Numbered from the stretch's first letter, positions 29,868 through 40,333 are shown. The stretch: 64,000 nucleotides of DNA from Myxococcota bacterium (GCA_040386535.1 JAZKFH010000010.1:32001-96000); one strand, 5' to 3'. A program made the numbers and translations. Notes: generated by a model from the sequence alone, not told the origin.

Positions 29868-32800
29868 TCAGATCACGTGGTTGAGATTCTTGTTGTTCGC
29901 GTTGACGCCCGCGCGGATGACGCCGATCGCCGCGGCGCCGCCCGCGCCCACCACCGACGCGAGCGCGTAGGCCGGCTTGCCGTACGGATCGAAGAGGTTC
30001 CAGGAGAACATCATGCCGAGCGTGGGAAGGGTGCCCAGCGCGTTCTGGGCGAACTTGGCAGCCACGTCCAGCCAACGCTCCTCGGTGCTGGCGCCCGGGA
30101 GGTAGTCCGCGGAGGCCCCCTCGTAGAAACCCTCGATCACGTACGCCACCAGCAGGATCACGCCACCGACGGTGCCGACCCCGCCCGTCACCTTGTCCAC
30201 CGCCGAGGTAGCGGCCTTGCCACCCAGAAGCGGCGTGGTCTCCGGCGTAGACTTGGCGAACAGGCCCACGCCCGCGGGGAGCGCCTGGCAGATCGCCCAG
30301 AGGACGAGCGCGATCGCCCAGCAAGCGAGCGCCGCGGCATCGAACCCGGTCTCGGGCCAACCCTGCCAGAGCGGGCAGGAGAACGCCAGCACGACGAGCG
30401 CGACGATCGCGGGGATACACTTGACCCACTTGTTCTTGAACGCGTCAATGGCGTACAGCCACGTGAACCCGGCGAAGAAGAGCTGGGCGATTCCGTACAG
30501 GAACCCCATCACGTACGAGATCTGCTCCAACGTGGAGGACGTCTCGTCGAAGCCCACCTCGCGCAGGCGCGACCGGGTCGCCTCGTCCACCGGGGCGCGT
30601 CCGAACCATTGCGCGGGGGTCAGCACCATCGCCATTGCGCGGACGTTCCGTGACAGGAGCGTGAGGCCGGAGAGGTCGATGCCGGCGACGCGGGCGGCGA
30701 TGGTGAGGGGGAGCGCGAGCGCGAGCGAGGTGACGTCGAGGAGCGTCATCTCCTTGCCGACGAGGCGCTTGTAGAGCTTCGACACCACCGGGATGTGCCA
30801 GGGGGTGGTGGCGACGGCCGAGAGGGAGTCCACCAGGAAGATCAGGAAGTCGAACGCGAGGTCGACCACCGCTTTGACGGAGAGGACCACGCCCTCGGCC
30901 GCCATCTTGGCGAACGCGGTGAGGATCTGGTTGGGGGTGACCTCGCCCGCGCTCCGGCTCGACGCCAGGATCGCGCTGCACTCCGCGACGAGCGTGTCGA
31001 ACGTGCTGCCGAGGTCACGCAGCGCGGTTTGGATGAACGTACCAATCGGATCGGAGTCCGTCGGAGGTGCGTTGACGTTCGGCGCAGCCGTGGGCGCCCC
31101 GCCGCCGGCATTGAGCACCTGGTTCTGCATCCAATTGGACGAGGGCCCCGGCGCCTTGCCGGCCTGGGACATCGTCGCGGCCTGGGTAGCGCCGACGCTC
31201 TGGTTCCCACCCTCCCCGAGATCGGGGATCGCGCTTGCCACGTTGTCCAGGAAACCGTCCACCACGTCCTTGACCTGGGTGACCATCCCCGGCAGCAGGG
31301 TCGTCATGAAGTTGGAGAGGAAGCCGGAGATCGTGTCGTGGGTGCTGAGGACGGCCGACCAGTCGAACGGCGAACCGAGCCAGCCGAGGAGCTTGTCCAT
31401 CCCCACGGCGATCGCGTCGAACACGCCCTGAACCAGGTCGAACACCTCCTTGATGGTGCCGACCACGAAGTTCGCGAAGTCCTGGAGGATGCCCTTCACC
31501 ATCGTCTGGATCTGGGACTCGATGCGGCGGACGATCTCTCCGGTCTCCGTCACCACCGTGGAGTAGACGGACACCACGACGTGCTGCACCTCCGCCGCGC
31601 CGCGCTTGACCGCGTTCCACATCGAGCCCCACGTGGGCTTGGATCCCGTCGACCGCGTCGCGCGCGCGCCGCCGCTGACAGCGTACTTCGCCGCCACCGC
31701 GTCACACTCCGCCCGGTCGCGGAGTCGGTGGTACCGAACGCCACCTTCCACGAACTCGAGGTGCCAGAATTGGTCGGGTACGCGGTTCACGTCGATCCGC
31801 CCGCCGTGCTGGCCCCTCCCCATCACCTGCACGCCGCTCGTGTCCCCCCGCTTGGACACCAGCTTCGCCGTGGCCTGGGCGTCGCCCTGCTCGGGCATGG
31901 CGAGCGACATGCTGCTCCAGACGGCCTGGGAGACATCCGGCACGTACGCGCCGTACAGGCCCATGTCGATGAGCGGCTGCGTCGCCCCGTTGGCGTCGAC
32001 GTACGTCTGAGTGGAGAGAGTGGTCGCCAAGACCTCCGGCGACTCCGGGTAGAGCGCGTCCTGCACGTATCGATCGGGGGCGATGGTGAGCGCGCCGTCG
32101 GGGATCAACGCGGTGGCGACGGTGAACGCCGCCACGCCGAAGTCGGTCGTGGGCGTCACGATCGTCACGCGGCCTGCCCCGTTGGTCTCGCAGCTGAACG
32201 ACCGCCCGGGCCCGATGACACAGTTGGTCCCGTTGATGGTCACGTTCAGGGTGTCGGCGGCGCTCACCTCCATCGGTTGCGCCGGCATCGGGGAGCCCGA
32301 CGCGTCGAGCACCGTCACCTCCGAGCTGTAGGTGACGAGATCGACGAGATCGCCCTCGTAGCTGATGGCGACGACGGAGGAGTGCCAGTCGGTGGCGGCG
32401 TCCTGCCAGAAGTGGATCAGCTGGCCCGACGTGGTCGCGGCGAAACACTGGGTGAACCCGCCGGCGTCGCGGCACGCGGTGAGGCTGCCGGCGCTGCTTT
32501 GGAGCCCCTCTCCCAGGGAGACGAGCGGCGACCACCACAGGCCGTTCTCCGTCGTCACCTGTTGGTTGGCGAAGTAGAGCGTGCCGTCGCGCGCCACGCC
32601 GAGGAGCTGCACGGCATCGGGCAGGCCGCTGTCGTCCGGGCGCAACAGGCAGGCCTGGATGCAGCCGAACGTCACCTGCTCGCCCGCGAAGTTGGTCGAG
32701 AGCCCGACCAGGTTCTGTCCCTCGGGGGCGTCCTGGTCGACGTACCAGGCCTCGCCCTCCTCCGAGAGACCGAAGATCTCAGTGCGACCCGAACGATTGA

Positions 32801-33530
32801 CGGTGCCCGAGAGCGCGAGGATGTCGTCCATCGACCCCGCGTAGAACGTGCGCCCCTGTACCTGGTGCTCCTCGTAGAACGTCAGGTTGGTGTTGTTCCG
32901 CTCGGTGTCCGAGCAGGTGAGGAACGTCCCCGGTGCCCCGCCCGCCACGCCCGGCACACAATCGTAGAGCATCCCGTCGATCGCCTGGGACACGTAGTCC
33001 CACGGTGACTCCGCGCGGCGGGGGTACACGCGCACGACGCCCTGCGTCAGGTCGGGGAACGTGACGATCGCCTGGAACATCAGGCGACCCGTGCTGTCGT
33101 ACCCGGTCCGGAGCGCCTGCACCGTGAGCGCGCCGAACGGCTGGCCCAGGTTCTGCCAGGCGCTGTACGGCTCGTCGGTCTTCCAATACAGCGCGTTGTC
33201 GCTGCCACACGCGAGCACGACCACGGTCCCGTCGATCTCCGTTCCGACCGCGAGGTGTTGGACCGCCACCGGCACGCGCAGGGGGCGCACGCTCCAGCCC
33301 GTCTGGCTGTCCGCGGAGGGGTACAGGTTGAACACCTGCCCGCCGTCTCCCAGCGTGAAGATCTGGACGATGCCCTGGGAATTCGCCACGGCGGCGAGCT
33401 GTGCGCCCGCGGTGGGGATGGCCTGGGCCGTGACGTAGCCCTGCATCAGCTCCGAGCGGACGAGGAGCGAGGCCCCGCTGCCAGGGAGGAGAGTGGTGCC
33501 GCCGGGAGAGGGGGTGTCGGTGGTGGTCAT
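29868..33530 (-). CDS. Large hypothetical protein: propeller-like N-terminus, Ig-like middle, hydrophobic helical C-terminus (toxin-like architecture)
   Basis: 1220 aa, no signal peptide. Repeated (I/L)F.LG.DG.(V/L)(F/Y)...W blades, YSSEVTVLDASGSP...TNGAGRVTI Ig-like segment, several C-terminal hydrophobic stretches. Confidence 0.8.
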   Translation of the reverse strand: MTTTDTPSPGGTTLLPGSGASLLVRSELMQGYVTAQAIPTAGAQLAAVANSQGIVQIFTLGDGGQVFNLYPSADSQTGWSVRPLRVPVAVQHLAVGTEIDGTVVVLACGSDNALYWKTDEPYSAWQNLGQPFGALTVQALRTGYDSTGRLMFQAIVTFPDLTQGVVRVYPRRAESPWDYVSQAIDGMLYDCVPGVAGGAPGTFLTCSDTERNNTNLTFYEEHQVQGRTFYAGSMDDILALSGTVNRSGRTEIFGLSEEGEAWYVDQDAPEGQNLVGLSTNFAGEQVTFGCIQACLLRPDDSGLPDAVQLLGVARDGTLYFANQQVTTENGLWWSPLVSLGEGLQSSAGSLTACRDAGGFTQCFAATTSGQLIHFWQDAATDWHSSVVAISYEGDLVDLVTYSSEVTVLDASGSPMPAQPMEVSAADTLNVTINGTNCVIGPGRSFSCETNGAGRVTIVTPTTDFGVAAFTVATALIPDGALTIAPDRYVQDALYPESPEVLATTLSTQTYVDANGATQPLIDMGLYGAYVPDVSQAVWSSMSLAMPEQGDAQATAKLVSKRGDTSGVQVMGRGQHGGRIDVNRVPDQFWHLEFVEGGVRYHRLRDRAECDAVAAKYAVSGGARATRSTGSKPTWGSMWNAVKRGAAEVQHVVVSVYSTVVTETGEIVRRIESQIQTMVKGILQDFANFVVGTIKEVFDLVQGVFDAIAVGMDKLLGWLGSPFDWSAVLSTHDTISGFLSNFMTTLLPGMVTQVKDVVDGFLDNVASAIPDLGEGGNQSVGATQAATMSQAGKAPGPSSNWMQNQVLNAGGGAPTAAPNVNAPPTDSDPIGTFIQTALRDLGSTFDTLVAECSAILASSRSAGEVTPNQILTAFAKMAAEGVVLSVKAVVDLAFDFLIFLVDSLSAVATTPWHIPVVSKLYKRLVGKEMTLLDVTSLALALPLTIAARVAGIDLSGLTLLSRNVRAMAMVLTPAQWFGRAPVDEATRSRLREVGFDETSSTLEQISYVMGFLYGIAQLFFAGFTWLYAIDAFKNKWVKCIPAIVALVVLAFSCPLWQGWPETGFDAAALACWAIALVLWAICQALPAGVGLFAKSTPETTPLLGGKAATSAVDKVTGGVGTVGGVILLVAYVIEGFYEGASADYLPGASTEERWLDVAAKFAQNALGTLPTLGMMFSWNLFDPYGKPAYALASVVGAGGAAAIGVIRAGVNANNKNLNHVI

Positions 33531-33708
33531 GGGGCGCTCCGATGAGTCCCCCTTTTGTGCCTCGGGCTCCGGGTCGCTTCAAGGAGGGCGAACGGGAGCG
33601 CATCCGAACAGAACGCCTTCAACGCCGCGAAAGAATCGGATAACGCTAGATTGCAACGCGTTACCCGACGCGCGCGGGTGAAGGCGTGCCACGATACTCC
33701 CCGCATCC

Positions 33709-36700
33709 ATGATCCGAACCCTCCTCTTCGACGTCGAGCTCTCCCGTTCCGGGGAGCTGTTCGGCGTCGCGGCCATCGGTCCCGACGGGGAGGAGGTCGT
33801 CGCCACCAGCGCGAGCACGGTCCCGGAGGCCATGCGTCGGATCGGCACGTTTGCCGGGCAGGCCGATCTGCTGGTGGGCCACAACCTCGCGCGGCACGAC
33901 CGCCCGTGGCTCGCGCGGTACGCGCCGGGGCACCCCGCGCTGCGGCTTCCGTGGGCGGACACGCTCGTGCTCTCGCCCCTCGCCTTCCCCGAGCGGCCGT
34001 ACCATCGCCTGGTCAAAGAGCACCGCCTGGTGCGCGAGAGCCGGCCGGCGCCGCTCGCCGACTGCCGCGCGACAGGCGTCGTCTTCGCGGACCAACGTGT
34101 CGCCTTCGCCGCGCTCCAACGTGACACCCCTGCCCTCGCCGCGTGGTGTCGCGCCGCCCTCACGGACCCGCACGCGCCGCTCTCCAACCCCGGGTACGCC
34201 CAGGTGTTCGACCAGACGCCCGCCGTCACGCTCGCGGACGGATTGGCGGCGCTCCGGCAGGCGCTGGCCCCTCATGCCTGCGCCACGGCGCTCGGGGCGC
34301 TCACGGCCGATCCGGCGCTGGCCTTGCCGCTGGCCTACGTGGCTGCGTGGACGCGGCTGCCGCCCGGGTCCACCCTGCCGGCGTGGACGCGTTTCGCCCA
34401 CCCCCAGACCACCACCCTGCTCGGCGCCCTGCGGGCCCGGCCGTGTGAGGACGTGGCGTGCACGTACTGCCAGGACGTACACACCCCGGAGGGGTGGCTC
34501 CAACGCTTGTTCGGGTATCCGACGTTCCGCAGCACGCCGAGCTCTCCGTCGGGGGGCAGCCTGCAACGTGACATCGTGGCGGCGGGAATGGCGGACCAAC
34601 CGCTGTACGCGGTGTTGCCCACCGGGACGGGAAAGTCCCTGTGTTTCCAGATCCCGGCGGCGGCGCGGCATCGACGCACCGGGGCGCTCACCGTGGTGAT
34701 CTCGCCGCTCCAATCGCTCATGAAGGACCAGGTCGACCAGCTTCGTGAGCGGGATCCACACGCCACGACCGTCAACGGCTCGCTCACGCCGCCCGAGCGT
34801 GCCCGAGCCCTGGACGAGGTGCGGGAGGGCTTCACCAGCCTCGTTTATCTGTCACCCGAGCAGCTCCGGAACAAGGGCGTGCGCCGCGCGCTCGAGGCCC
34901 GTACGATCGGGGCCTGGGTGATCGACGAGGCCCACTGCCTGACCGATTGGGGGCACGACTTCCGCACGGACTACCTGTACGTGCCCCGATACGCCCGCGA
35001 GCTCGCCGCCGCCCAGGGCCGGCCGATCCCGCCCTTCCAATGTTTCACCGGCACGAGCCAGGTGGCGGTGACCGCGGCGATCGGCGCGCTGTTCCAAGCC
35101 GAGTTGGGGCAGGAGCTGACCGTGTTCGACGGCGGCGCCGAGCGGGACAACCTCACCTTCCGGGTGGAGGAACGCGCGCCCGGAGAGAAGGTCGGGCGCC
35201 TGATGGAGCTGCTGGTCGAACACCTGCCCGATCGGGGTGCCGGCGCGGCGATCGTGTTCTGCGCGGCGCGGAAAGAGGCGGACGAGGTGGGCAAGCTGCT
35301 CGTGGCCGAAGGGTGGGCCGCGGGCGCCTACCACGCCGGCCTCGACGCGCAGGCCCGCAGGGACGTGCAGGACCGCTTCCTCGGCGGCGAGCTCCAGGTG
35401 ATCGCGGCCACCAGCGCGTTCGGGATGGGCGTCGACAAGCCCGACGTGCGTTTGGTCGTGCACCTCGGCGTACCCAACTCCCTCGAGGCGTACCTCCAGC
35501 AGGCGGGCCGCGCCGGCCGGGACCGCGCGCCGGCCACCTGTGTGTTGTTGTTCGCCCCCATCGACGTGGACAAGCAGTTCAGAATGGCGACGATGGGCCA
35601 GCTCTCGCTCCGCGATCTCCAGGCGATCTGGCGTGGCATCCAGAGCGTGCCCGCGCGCCGGACGCGCACTGGAGAGGGTGAATTCGAGGAGCGCGTGCTC
35701 ACGCGGGGCGAGATCGCCCGTCTGGACGCCGTGGCCGACAGCTTCGATCCGCACGACCCGATGACCGACACACGGGTGACGAGCGCGTTGTCCTGGCTCG
35801 AGCGCGCGGGCCTGTTCGTGCGCGACGAGAACCACACCCACGTGTTCCAGGGCACGCCGAAACATGCCACGCTCGAAGCGGCGATGGAGCACGTGGCGAC
35901 CCTCGATCTGGCGCCGCCGCGGGAGCGGGCGTGGCACGCGTTGCTCCGCCGGCTCTACGCGGCGGACGAACAGGAGGGGTTGTCCGCCGACGATCTCGCC
36001 GAGCTGGCGGACGACGAGACCGATCCGATCGGCGGCGGCACGCGGGTGCTCGCCCTGCTCCACCAGATGGTCGCGGCCGGGCTGCTCACGGCGGGCAGCC
36101 GCCTGACCGCGTTCGTCGCGTGGGGGGTGCCCGACCCCTCGCGTGACCAGGCCGTGCGCCTCCTGACCGCGCAGCGGGCACTGCTACGGGTGCTCCCCGA
36201 GCTCTCCCCCGAAACCGACGCGCGCGAGTGGGTGTACGCCTCTCCGCAACGCCTCGCGGATCTGCTCGCCACCGAAGACGCGCTGTCCGTGCGGCCCGAG
36301 CGGGTGGTGCTGCTGCTGCGGGCGCTGGAGCGGGACGGGTTCGGCCTCGCCGACGAGGTGCGGAGCCTCGACCTGCGCTTCGTGCGCCGGGACCACCTCG
36401 CGGTGCGGGTGCGCCGCCCATGGGCAGAAGTGGAGCGCCTGGGGCGGTTGCGCGAGGCGGCGGTCACGACGGTCCTCGACCTGCTGGATCGGCTGGCCGC
36501 CGAAGGAGGCACGCGCGGCAAGGCGGTGATGGTGAGCTTCGAGCTCGAGGACCTGGCGAAGGCCCTCGGCGCCAGCCTTCTGCTGGCGGGACAGATCCGC
36601 GACACGATGGCGCTCGTGGATCAATCGTTGTTGTTGCTGCACGACGCGCGCGTCATCACCCTGCAGGGCGGCCTCGCGGTGTTCCGGCAGGCCATGATGC

Positions 36701-38775
36701 TCCGCCGCCCGAAGGAGGCGCCCCGGCAGCTCAAGGCCGAGGCGATCGCGCCGCTCCACCACCACCAGGAGGAGCGGACCCTCCAGATCCACGTGGTGCA
36801 CGAATACGCGCGGCTCGGCGCCGAACGGATCGACTCGGCGCAGGCGCTCACCCGGGACTGGTTCGGGGCGCCGCGCGAGGCCTTCCTCAAGCGTTGGTTC
36901 AACGGTCGAAAGGAGGTGTTGGCGCGCTCCACCACCGCGGAGTCGTACAAGGAGATCGTCGAGGTGCTCGACCCGGCCCAACGCCGGGTGGTGACGGCTC
37001 GTCCGGACGCGAACCTGCTCGTGCTCGCCGGTCCCGGCTCCGGCAAGACCCGCGTGCTCGTGCACCGCGTGGCGTGGCTGGTGCGCGTCCGCCAGGTGCG
37101 CCCCGAGGGCATCCTGGTGGTTTGTTACACCCGCGCCAACGCGCTGGAGCTGCGCCGACGCCTCGCCGGGCTCATCCACACCGACGCGCGCGGTGTCACC
37201 GTCACCACGCTGCACGGCCTCGCGCTGCGGCTCACCGGCCGGTCCCCGCGCGCCCCCGTCGGGCGGGACGACAGCTTCGACACGCTGATCGACGAGGCGA
37301 TCGCGATCCTGAAGCGCGACCACCTCCCCGACGGCGCCGACGCCAGCGAGATCCGCGACCTCGTGCTCCGCGGCGCGACCCACCTGCTGGTCGACGAGTA
37401 TCAGGATCTGGACGAGCGCCAGGTGCGCCTCCTCGAGGCGATCGCCGGCCGCGACGAGACCAACGCGGACCAGCGGCTCGCGATCCTGGCCGTGGGGGAC
37501 GACGATCAGTCCATCTTTGGTTGGCGCGGCGGCTCGGCCCGCTGGGTCCGGGAGTTTGGTGACACGTGGGGGGCGGAGCGCCACACGTTGGAGACCTGCT
37601 ACCGGTGCACGGAGCCTGTCCTCGCCGCCGCCACCGCGATGATCGGGCCGGTCGCCGCGCGACTCAAGGCCGACGTCCAACTCTCGATCGACCGCCCCCG
37701 GCGTGGGATCCGCGCGGCGCCCGTGCGGCGCTCCTGGGTGGCCGATGGCACGATCGCGGCGTTCGTGGCGGATCGCGTCCAGGCCATCGGCGGGGAGTGG
37801 GCGGACATCGCGGTGCTCGCCCGCACCCGCGCGGCCCTGGCCCCCGTGCGCGCGGCGCTCGAAGCGGCGGGGATCCCGGTGGCATGGCCGCTCGGGCACG
37901 AGGAGCGCATCGGCTTGTCCCGCGTGCGCGAGGTGGTGCGGCTCCTCGACGCGCTCGACACACGCGTGGCCGAGGTGCTCTCCGGGTCCGCGCTCGACAC
38001 GCTCCTGGCGCATGTCGCCCCCGATCCGGGCCCGTGGCGGCAAATCCTCGACCGGTGGCGGGACGACGTGCACCTCTCCCACGGGGACACCGGCGCGTTG
38101 GGTGCCACGTTGCTGCGCGCGTTGTGGGAGCTGATCGCCACCGAGCGGAGCGAACGCACCCTGGGCAACGGGGTCCGCCTCGGCACGCTCCACGGCGCCA
38201 AGGGCCTCGAGTGGCGCCACGTCCTCCTCGTGGACGACGGGGACGGCGCGCGCGACGCCGGCGACGAGGGGCGCCGCCTGCTGTACGTGGGGATGACCCG
38301 CGCGCGGGACACCCTCCACCTCGTCGTCCGGCGAGACCGCCCGCACCCCCTCCTCGCGGCCCTGCCCGAGGGCCTCGTGGTCGATCGGGCAGACGTGGCG
38401 GCCCCCCGCGCCGATCCGCCGGCGCCCGATCGGCGGCCCATCTACGGCCTCCTCGGCCTCGACGAGCTCTGGATCGATTGGTTGGGACGTCAGCCCCCCA
38501 GCGCCCCGGCCCACGGCGCGCTCGAACGCTTGCCATTCGGCGCGCCGCTCGTGTTGGAAGAGCGCGACGGTGGGTTGGCATTGACCGCCGGCGACGTGCG
38601 CGTGGCCGTGCTCAAGGGCGCCGCGTGCGAGGCGTGGCGGGAGCGCGCCCGGTCCGGATTGGACTTGCGCCTGATCGCGGTGATCCGACGGGAGGCGACC
38701 CAGAGTGATGCCACGTTCCAGGCCGCGCTCAAGGTCGATACGTGGTGGGTGCCGGTTTGTGAGGGGCGGTGGTGA
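33709..38775 (+). CDS. DEDD-exonuclease-like / RecQ (SF2) / UvrD (SF1) multidomain helicase
   Basis: FDVE...VGHN...HD...DTL nuclease-like part. LPTGTGKS, IDEAH, QQAGRAGRD (RecQ). AGPGSGKT, VDEYQD, VGDDDQSIFGWRG, TLHGAKGLE, LYVGMTRAR (UvrD). Confidence 0.92.
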   Translation: MIRTLLFDVELSRSGELFGVAAIGPDGEEVVATSASTVPEAMRRIGTFAGQADLLVGHNLARHDRPWLARYAPGHPALRLPWADTLVLSPLAFPERPYHRLVKEHRLVRESRPAPLADCRATGVVFADQRVAFAALQRDTPALAAWCRAALTDPHAPLSNPGYAQVFDQTPAVTLADGLAALRQALAPHACATALGALTADPALALPLAYVAAWTRLPPGSTLPAWTRFAHPQTTTLLGALRARPCEDVACTYCQDVHTPEGWLQRLFGYPTFRSTPSSPSGGSLQRDIVAAGMADQPLYAVLPTGTGKSLCFQIPAAARHRRTGALTVVISPLQSLMKDQVDQLRERDPHATTVNGSLTPPERARALDEVREGFTSLVYLSPEQLRNKGVRRALEARTIGAWVIDEAHCLTDWGHDFRTDYLYVPRYARELAAAQGRPIPPFQCFTGTSQVAVTAAIGALFQAELGQELTVFDGGAERDNLTFRVEERAPGEKVGRLMELLVEHLPDRGAGAAIVFCAARKEADEVGKLLVAEGWAAGAYHAGLDAQARRDVQDRFLGGELQVIAATSAFGMGVDKPDVRLVVHLGVPNSLEAYLQQAGRAGRDRAPATCVLLFAPIDVDKQFRMATMGQLSLRDLQAIWRGIQSVPARRTRTGEGEFEERVLTRGEIARLDAVADSFDPHDPMTDTRVTSALSWLERAGLFVRDENHTHVFQGTPKHATLEAAMEHVATLDLAPPRERAWHALLRRLYAADEQEGLSADDLAELADDETDPIGGGTRVLALLHQMVAAGLLTAGSRLTAFVAWGVPDPSRDQAVRLLTAQRALLRVLPELSPETDAREWVYASPQRLADLLATEDALSVRPERVVLLLRALERDGFGLADEVRSLDLRFVRRDHLAVRVRRPWAEVERLGRLREAAVTTVLDLLDRLAAEGGTRGKAVMVSFELEDLAKALGASLLLAGQIRDTMALVDQSLLLLHDARVITLQGGLAVFRQAMMLRRPKEAPRQLKAEAIAPLHHHQEERTLQIHVVHEYARLGAERIDSAQALTRDWFGAPREAFLKRWFNGRKEVLARSTTAESYKEIVEVLDPAQRRVVTARPDANLLVLAGPGSGKTRVLVHRVAWLVRVRQVRPEGILVVCYTRANALELRRRLAGLIHTDARGVTVTTLHGLALRLTGRSPRAPVGRDDSFDTLIDEAIAILKRDHLPDGADASEIRDLVLRGATHLLVDEYQDLDERQVRLLEAIAGRDETNADQRLAILAVGDDDQSIFGWRGGSARWVREFGDTWGAERHTLETCYRCTEPVLAAATAMIGPVAARLKADVQLSIDRPRRGIRAAPVRRSWVADGTIAAFVADRVQAIGGEWADIAVLARTRAALAPVRAALEAAGIPVAWPLGHEERIGLSRVREVVRLLDALDTRVAEVLSGSALDTLLAHVAPDPGPWRQILDRWRDDVHLSHGDTGALGATLLRALWELIATERSERTLGNGVRLGTLHGAKGLEWRHVLLVDDGDGARDAGDEGRRLLYVGMTRARDTLHLVVRRDRPHPLLAALPEGLVVDRADVAAPRADPPAPDRRPIYGLLGLDELWIDWLGRQPPSAPAHGALERLPFGAPLVLEERDGGLALTAGDVRVAVLKGAACEAWRERARSGLDLRLIAVIRREATQSDATFQAALKVDTWWVPVCEGRW

Positions 38776-38811
38776 CGGGTGGCGCCGGGAGACGCCTCTT
38801 TCCACCCTCCG

Positions 38812-40308
38812 TCACGGCCGCTCCGCCCCCCGCCCGACCTCGCTCCACCGCCCCGACCCGGTGAAGATGAACGTGATGCCTGGGTAGCTCCCGCTCCCCC
38901 GGCCGAGCGTGATGGTGCTCCCCGAGATGTCGGCGGTCCCGCCATTTGCGAGCTCGACCGTGTCACCGTCGCCGGTGAGCATCAGCAGCGTGCCCGCCGC
39001 CACGCCGGTCGTGCCGATCGTGACACCGGTCGCGGGCCCGTCGAGGTGCACGTGCGCCGCCAGCGAGGGATCGATCGCCTCCCCGCTCACCACGGTGGCC
39101 ATCCGCGACTCGAGGCGCACGGTGCTGCCGAGCTGCACGTAGCTCCCCACGATCGAGAGGCCGCGGGGCAGATCGTCCCCCATCCGCACGATCCGATGCT
39201 CGAGGTTGTCGCCCGCCACGCGCGACTCGAGCACGCGTGTGTAGTAGCTGGCCCAGCCGTTGTTGGTCCCCTCGTCGAGCACCTCGGCCGCGGTCGTGGT
39301 GGACAACGTGACATAGTTGGTTCCGACGGTGTTCCAACGCCCGCCCAGCACCACGGCCGCCACGAGCGTGTCGGCGGGGTAGGCCTCCATCCAGTTGTCC
39401 TCGATCACGGCGTCCTGCCCGCCGGCGTAGACGAAGGCCTCGTTCATCGCCTCGAAGCGGTTGTGGGTGACACGCGCGCCGGTGGGCGGGTCGGTGGGCT
39501 CGTCGTCGATCAGGACCGCCCAGTCGCCGCCGATGAACGTGTTGCGCATGAGCACGGCGGCGTGCGCGCCCGGGCCGATGTGGACTGCGGTGGCGATGCC
39601 GTACGTCTCGGTGTCGAGCACGCGGTTGTCGTATCCGGAGAGGCCGGAGCCCGACTCCATGTACACGCCGGTGCCGGCGGCGGCGACGACGCCGTACGCG
39701 TAGGTGGGGTTCCCGATCTGGCAGCGCTGGACGATGGCGCGAGTGACATATTTGAGGTCGAACGCCACAGACATCGGGTCGGTAAGCGAGACGCCGAGGT
39801 CGACGAAGCGCAGGTTCTTCTGGGCGTTGGGCCGCTTTCCGGCGAACACGGACATGGGCTCGTAGGCGGGATCGGCCACGACCAACGTGCCCCACATCCC
39901 CTCCCCGCGCAGCGTGACGTAGTCCGGCACTTCGACGGTCCCGGTCACCCGCCAGGTGCCCGCGGGGAGACACACCGCGCCGCCCGAGGCGATGTCTCCC
40001 GCTGTGTACGTCGGCAGGCTGTCGATGGCGGCCTGGATCGCCACGGTGTCGTCCGCCACGCCGTCGCCAACCCCGCCGAAGTCGAGCACGCTCACGCACG
40101 CGTCGGCGCCCGCGGCACCGTCGAGGCCATCGACCCCGTCGACACCATCGCGGCCGTCGAGACCATCGACGCCGTTGCTGCCATCGGCCCCGTCGGCCCC
40201 GTTGGCACCCCCTGCGCCATCGGCCCCATTCATCCCATCGACCCCGTTCGTGCCGGGCTCGCCGGCGGAGGGATCGTCCGAAGCACACGCGAGGAGGAGA
40301 AGCAGCAT
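38812..40308 (-). CDS. Lipoprotein with collagen-like stalk and pectate-lyase-3-like right-handed beta-helix domain
   Basis: LLLAC lipobox, (G-X-Y)18, VSVLDFGGVGDGVADDTVAIQAAID, VCLPAGTWRV...VTLRGEG. Confidence 0.85.
   Translation of the reverse strand: MLLLLLACASDDPSAGEPGTNGVDGMNGADGAGGANGADGADGSNGVDGLDGRDGVDGVDGLDGAAGADACVSVLDFGGVGDGVADDTVAIQAAIDSLPTYTAGDIASGGAVCLPAGTWRVTGTVEVPDYVTLRGEGMWGTLVVADPAYEPMSVFAGKRPNAQKNLRFVDLGVSLTDPMSVAFDLKYVTRAIVQRCQIGNPTYAYGVVAAAGTGVYMESGSGLSGYDNRVLDTETYGIATAVHIGPGAHAAVLMRNTFIGGDWAVLIDDEPTDPPTGARVTHNRFEAMNEAFVYAGGQDAVIEDNWMEAYPADTLVAAVVLGGRWNTVGTNYVTLSTTTAAEVLDEGTNNGWASYYTRVLESRVAGDNLEHRIVRMGDDLPRGLSIVGSYVQLGSTVRLESRMATVVSGEAIDPSLAAHVHLDGPATGVTIGTTGVAAGTLLMLTGDGDTVELANGGTADISGSTITLGRGSGSYPGITFIFTGSGRWSEVGRGAERP
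40102..40263 (-). repeat. Collagen-like (Gly-X-Y)18 linker
   Basis: GEP GTN GVD GMN GAD GAG GAN GAD GAD GSN GVD GLD GRD GVD GVD GLD GAA GAD. Confidence 0.9.
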
Positions 40309-40333
40309 GCGGCGAGTGTACCAAGGGCGCGCG

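Noticed and set aside
27496..38775. Integrated mobile element or prophage
   Set aside because: No integrase, transposase, tRNA, att-like direct repeats or phage structural genes were seen. The island status is only suggestive.
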